Below are positions 60,965 through 64,000 of a stretch of DNA of 64,000 nucleotides, piece after piece. Origin of the DNA: Flavobacterium sp. (GTDB lineage: Bacteria > Bacteroidota > Bacteroidia > Flavobacteriales > Flavobacteriaceae). Position 1 is the stretch's first letter, and the number at the start of each line of letters is the position of its first letter. Location of the stretch: NCBI GenBank assembly GCA_018401995.1, contig JAGYJR010000001.1, forward strand, positions 1,534-65,533, written 5' to 3'. Below the pieces are notes generated by a model. The model was not told the DNA's origin. It ran no database searches and saw only the letters and a program-made list of their open reading frames with translations. The position numbers and the translations under genes were made by a program.

Positions 60965-61968
60965 TACTCCAAATCCCCTTCATTCAAAAAATCCCACTGA
61001 TTTAGATTTTTATTTAATTTTTTACCAATAATTTCCTGAAATCGAACAGCATCAATTCCGTATCCTTTTGGTTTTTTTGCTTCTAAATCATTAAATTGCA
61101 GCATATGACCTTTTGATAATGCCTTATTCACGGATAACGATTTTTCGAATATTGATTTCAATTCGGTAAAAGAACTAGTATCATTTTTATGTATAGGATG
61201 CTCTATTGCTTCATGAATAGCGTTACAATCATACACCAATTGTGTCACTTCATCAAGTGTCAAAGATGATTTAGCATCTGGGCCAAACATTTTTCGATCA
61301 AAAACAACGTGGAATTCTAAAATTTCTGCACCTAAAGCTACCGCCGCAACATTGGTAGCAACTTTTGCCGAATGATCTGAAAATCCAACTACAACATTAT
61401 ATCGATTTTTTAATTCTTGAATTACGTTAAAACCATATTGATTTGGTTGGGTAGGATAAGAAGTAGTGCATTGCAAAATAGAAAATGGCACATTTTTCTC
61501 TCTTAAAAAAGATATAGAAGTATCTAACTCTTCATAACTACTCATTCCAGAAGACAATATAAGAGGTTTTCCTGTTTGAGCAATTTTCTCTAAAAGCAAT
61601 AAGTTTGTTACTTCACCTGAACCAATTTTATAATATTGAACTCCAATTGTTTCTAACCAATCTACTGCTAAGTTACTAAAAGGCGAACAAATAAAATCCA
61701 GACCTACAGCATCACAATGTTGCTTTATTTCTTTCCATTGCTCTAAAGTAAATTCCATTCGCTTCCAATAATCAAATCGGGTAACATCTTCATAGGAAAA
61801 TTTTACACGAAAAGGTTCGTGTTCGCTACTTTCAGCTGCTGCAATATGCATTTGAAATTTCACTGCATGAACTCCAGTTGTAGCTAAAGCGTCAATATAA
61901 GAATGTAAAATTCCTAAACTGCCTTCATGGGCTTGTCCGATTTCGGCTATGTAGTAGGGGATATTCAT
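60964..61968 (-). CDS. neuB: N-acylneuraminate (nonulosonate) synthase
   Basis: IAEIGQAH, AVKFQ, KIGSGE, QCTTSYP and GFSDH motifs; C-terminal SAF domain. Confidence 0.92.
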   Translation of the reverse strand: MNIPYYIAEIGQAHEGSLGILHSYIDALATTGVHAVKFQMHIAAAESSEHEPFRVKFSYEDVTRFDYWKRMEFTLEQWKEIKQHCDAVGLDFICSPFSNLAVDWLETIGVQYYKIGSGEVTNLLLLEKIAQTGKPLILSSGMSSYEELDTSISFLREKNVPFSILQCTTSYPTQPNQYGFNVIQELKNRYNVVVGFSDHSAKVATNVAAVALGAEILEFHVVFDRKMFGPDAKSSLTLDEVTQLVYDCNAIHEAIEHPIHKNDTSSFTELKSIFEKSLSVNKALSKGHMLQFNDLEAKKPKGYGIDAVRFQEIIGKKLNKNLNQWDFLNEGDLE

Positions 61969-61970
61969 AA

Positions 61971-62789
61971 TTACACAAAAGGGCAAACTGCCATTAAACC
62001 ATTTTTTAACGCTTCTATTCTTTCCGTTTTTGGAAGACTCGGATAACTTTCGAAAAGTTGTTCCATATCGGAATTCGTCATTTTTTCTGAATTAATAGAA
62101 GGAACATACGATTGCATTTCTACAGACTCGAAGTAATCTTGAAATTTGATTCCGTCTCCAAACAACTTATCTGAAAATTGTACCCAAACAGCTGGAATTT
62201 GGTAAGCATGAGACACTATAATTCCATGAAGAGAGGTTGAAACTACTTTCTCACATTGTAAAAATTGTCGCGTTACTGCTTCAATATCATTTGTCATTAA
62301 ATCAATAACCAACACATCATCCTGATTTACATACAATTGAGACATTGCCTTATAATCATTGTAATGTGGCACTATTCCAAATTTGTATTTTTTAGCAACT
62401 TCCGGATGATAATAATTGGGTAACAACAAAGCTGGGTCGCCATAAACTTCGGGAACATCATAACCTAATCCAATCAAATATTTCCTCGTTTGCGGTCCAC
62501 GGACTGCTAAAAATTTAGCTTTTTTTACTGGAATTGTTTGAGAAATAATGCCACTTCCCCAAACAATACAATTTTCATTCACATGAGCTAAAATACTTCC
62601 AATAGTAGCATAAATGGGTTGAAAATAATTGTAAACAGAAAAATGTTTAGGAAAAACCCAAGTAACCTTTTTCGACGAAATTTTTTCCGCCAAATATTTA
62701 CCTAACATATCGCCATAATTTTCTTTGGCTTTATGCATCATCTTAATTTCATTCCACCAAAACAGACGAATAGTATTGGACTTCAACAT
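61971..62789 (-). CDS. Polysaccharide pyruvyl transferase family protein
   Basis: NYGD, IGSIL, WGSG, AVRGP, GDPALL and STSLHG motifs. Confidence 0.88.
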   Translation of the reverse strand: MLKSNTIRLFWWNEIKMMHKAKENYGDMLGKYLAEKISSKKVTWVFPKHFSVYNYFQPIYATIGSILAHVNENCIVWGSGIISQTIPVKKAKFLAVRGPQTRKYLIGLGYDVPEVYGDPALLLPNYYHPEVAKKYKFGIVPHYNDYKAMSQLYVNQDDVLVIDLMTNDIEAVTRQFLQCEKVVSTSLHGIIVSHAYQIPAVWVQFSDKLFGDGIKFQDYFESVEMQSYVPSINSEKMTNSDMEQLFESYPSLPKTERIEALKNGLMAVCPFV

Positions 62790-62794
62790 AGCTT

Positions 62795-63412
62795 TTACTT
62801 TTTTCTCAATTCAAAAATAGTTTGTTGGCGCCATTCCTGTTCGTTTAGAACCGAATAATTATATTCTGAAAAAATAGTTCTAATTTCTTCTTTTGTGTAA
62901 TCGCTTAACCAACCGTGAACCAATCTGTTGTGATTGCAAACATCACTACAAGCGTAAGATAAAATCACATGTTGAACATGTGGTTCCATTTGTTTAAAAA
63001 CGGTATCAATATCGTACACATATTCTAACACTCCGCTAAAAATAGCTGTATCGTATTTTGATAAATCAAATGCAATAGGCTGATTTAAATCGCAAACTAT
63101 TGTGTTTTCGCTTCTTTTGACAATATCTGATGGCGTATATTCACAGCTAGATGGTAAAATTGATTTTAAACACATATTTCCAGCTCCAAACTCAATCACC
63201 TTTGCATTTGGTTGTACATAACTTCCTAAAATAGCAGTACGTTCATTCCAATCTTCATAAAGTTCGGTATCATTTTTCCAACGATCAATATCGCTTTGCT
63301 TTTGTTCTTTTAATTTCAACGTATTTTCTTGAATCATTTTCATGCGTATCTCATTCGCTTTCTTGCGTTTGCGATTCTTCAAGTAATTAACTAGTTTTCG
63401 AATTAACTTCAT
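62795..63412 (-). CDS. SAM-dependent methyltransferase-like protein
   Basis: VIEFGAG, CDLN and GVLEY motifs. Confidence 0.72.
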   Translation of the reverse strand: MKLIRKLVNYLKNRKRKKANEIRMKMIQENTLKLKEQKQSDIDRWKNDTELYEDWNERTAILGSYVQPNAKVIEFGAGNMCLKSILPSSCEYTPSDIVKRSENTIVCDLNQPIAFDLSKYDTAIFSGVLEYVYDIDTVFKQMEPHVQHVILSYACSDVCNHNRLVHGWLSDYTKEEIRTIFSEYNYSVLNEQEWRQQTIFELRKK

Positions 63413-63419
63413 GCTTTTT

Positions 63420-63998
63420 TTATAGTTTAATAGTAAAGATAACTTTTTTTAAATCATCAGAAATTTCATAAGCATAATTATGATGTTTATAACGATATAA
63501 GATTTCAGTTAATAGTAGATCATTAACTTGTTTTATGGAAACATAAGGTTGAGACTGCTTTTTTAACAGCTTTTTCAAATAATGCTTTAACGAACGATAA
63601 TAAGCATCCTCTTGAATAGTGATTTTTACAATTTCGTTTTTAAATGTAGGCAATTGCACACAAATAAAATGATGCACAACCGCATGAATATTAGGCAATT
63701 CAACTATTTTAGTTGGCTGTAATAGTTGCTCTTGGTCTTCCTTTTTTACTACGGTTCCAAATTCTTCTTGATTGAAAGGTACTATAATTTTATGTTGTTG
63801 ATGAAAGAAATAATGTTGTTGATTAATTCTCTTTACATTATACAAACGAGGCGTTTTACTCATTACCTCATCGCTATAGGAATTATAAATAACATGCCAA
63901 TTATGAAAGAAATAAGCTACCTCTCTTTGTTCAATTGTAATTCCAGCATGTTCTAATCTAGCATATAAATCTACATCCTCTGAGCCGTAGAAATGAAA
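63420..63998 (-). CDS. GT2 glycosyltransferase, 3' part (runs off the window end)
   Basis: The frame stays open upstream of the listed 147-aa ORF to the window edge: FHFYGSEDVDLYARL...FHNWH. Confidence 0.75.
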   Translation of the reverse strand, partial: FHFYGSEDVDLYARLEHAGITIEQREVAYFFHNWHVIYNSYSDEVMSKTPRLYNVKRINQQHYFFHQQHKIIVPFNQEEFGTVVKKEDQEQLLQPTKIVELPNIHAVVHHFICVQLPTFKNEIVKITIQEDAYYRSLKHYLKKLLKKQSQPYVSIKQVNDLLLTEILYRYKHHNYAYEISDDLKKVIFTIKL

Positions 63999-64000
63999 AA

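Noticed and set aside
1626-63956. Many short ORFs nested in or antisense to long genes (e.g. 1626-1907, 15502-16047, 36574-36936, 47225-47611)
   Set aside because: They are shadow ORFs of well-supported genes and have no recognisable motifs.

Overview
AT-rich Bacteroidetes DNA, very likely Flavobacterium, judged from gene content and TAnnTTTG promoter motifs. Bases 1-39.5 kb are mostly housekeeping: argS (partial), fabH, S9 and M61 peptidases, htpG, aqpZ, tRNA-Thr(TGT), manA, bcp, queD, idi, pldA, recQ, kdsD-tatC-lptB and a MerR/B12-regulator-crtI-crtB-crtZ carotenoid cluster. Bases 39.7-64 kb are a minus-strand surface-polysaccharide locus: priming transferase, GT2/GT4 enzymes, a Wzy-like protein, one intact and one disrupted MBOAT/SGNH pair, neuA-neuC-neuB and a pyruvyl transferase. 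The most unusual signal is non-coding. (1) A stand-alone GIY-YIG nuclease gene sits between neuB and neuC inside 11 copies of a 23-26-nt palindromic TGTCA-tagged repeat, one of which supplies its stop codon. (2) A stand-alone DUF559 nuclease gene is bracketed by a 30-bp inverted repeat with internal hairpins. (3) Nuclease-free relatives of the TGTCA repeat are dispersed through the window. (4) Long mosaic arrays (3 x ~220 bp and 2 x ~420 bp) built from 6-, 7-, 8-, 9- and 13-nt periodic modules sit at gene junctions in the polysaccharide locus. Together these suggest a REP-like repeat/small-nuclease system that does not use a RAYT. That is an inference needing comparative and biochemical tests. 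Product names come from motif recognition, not database searches.
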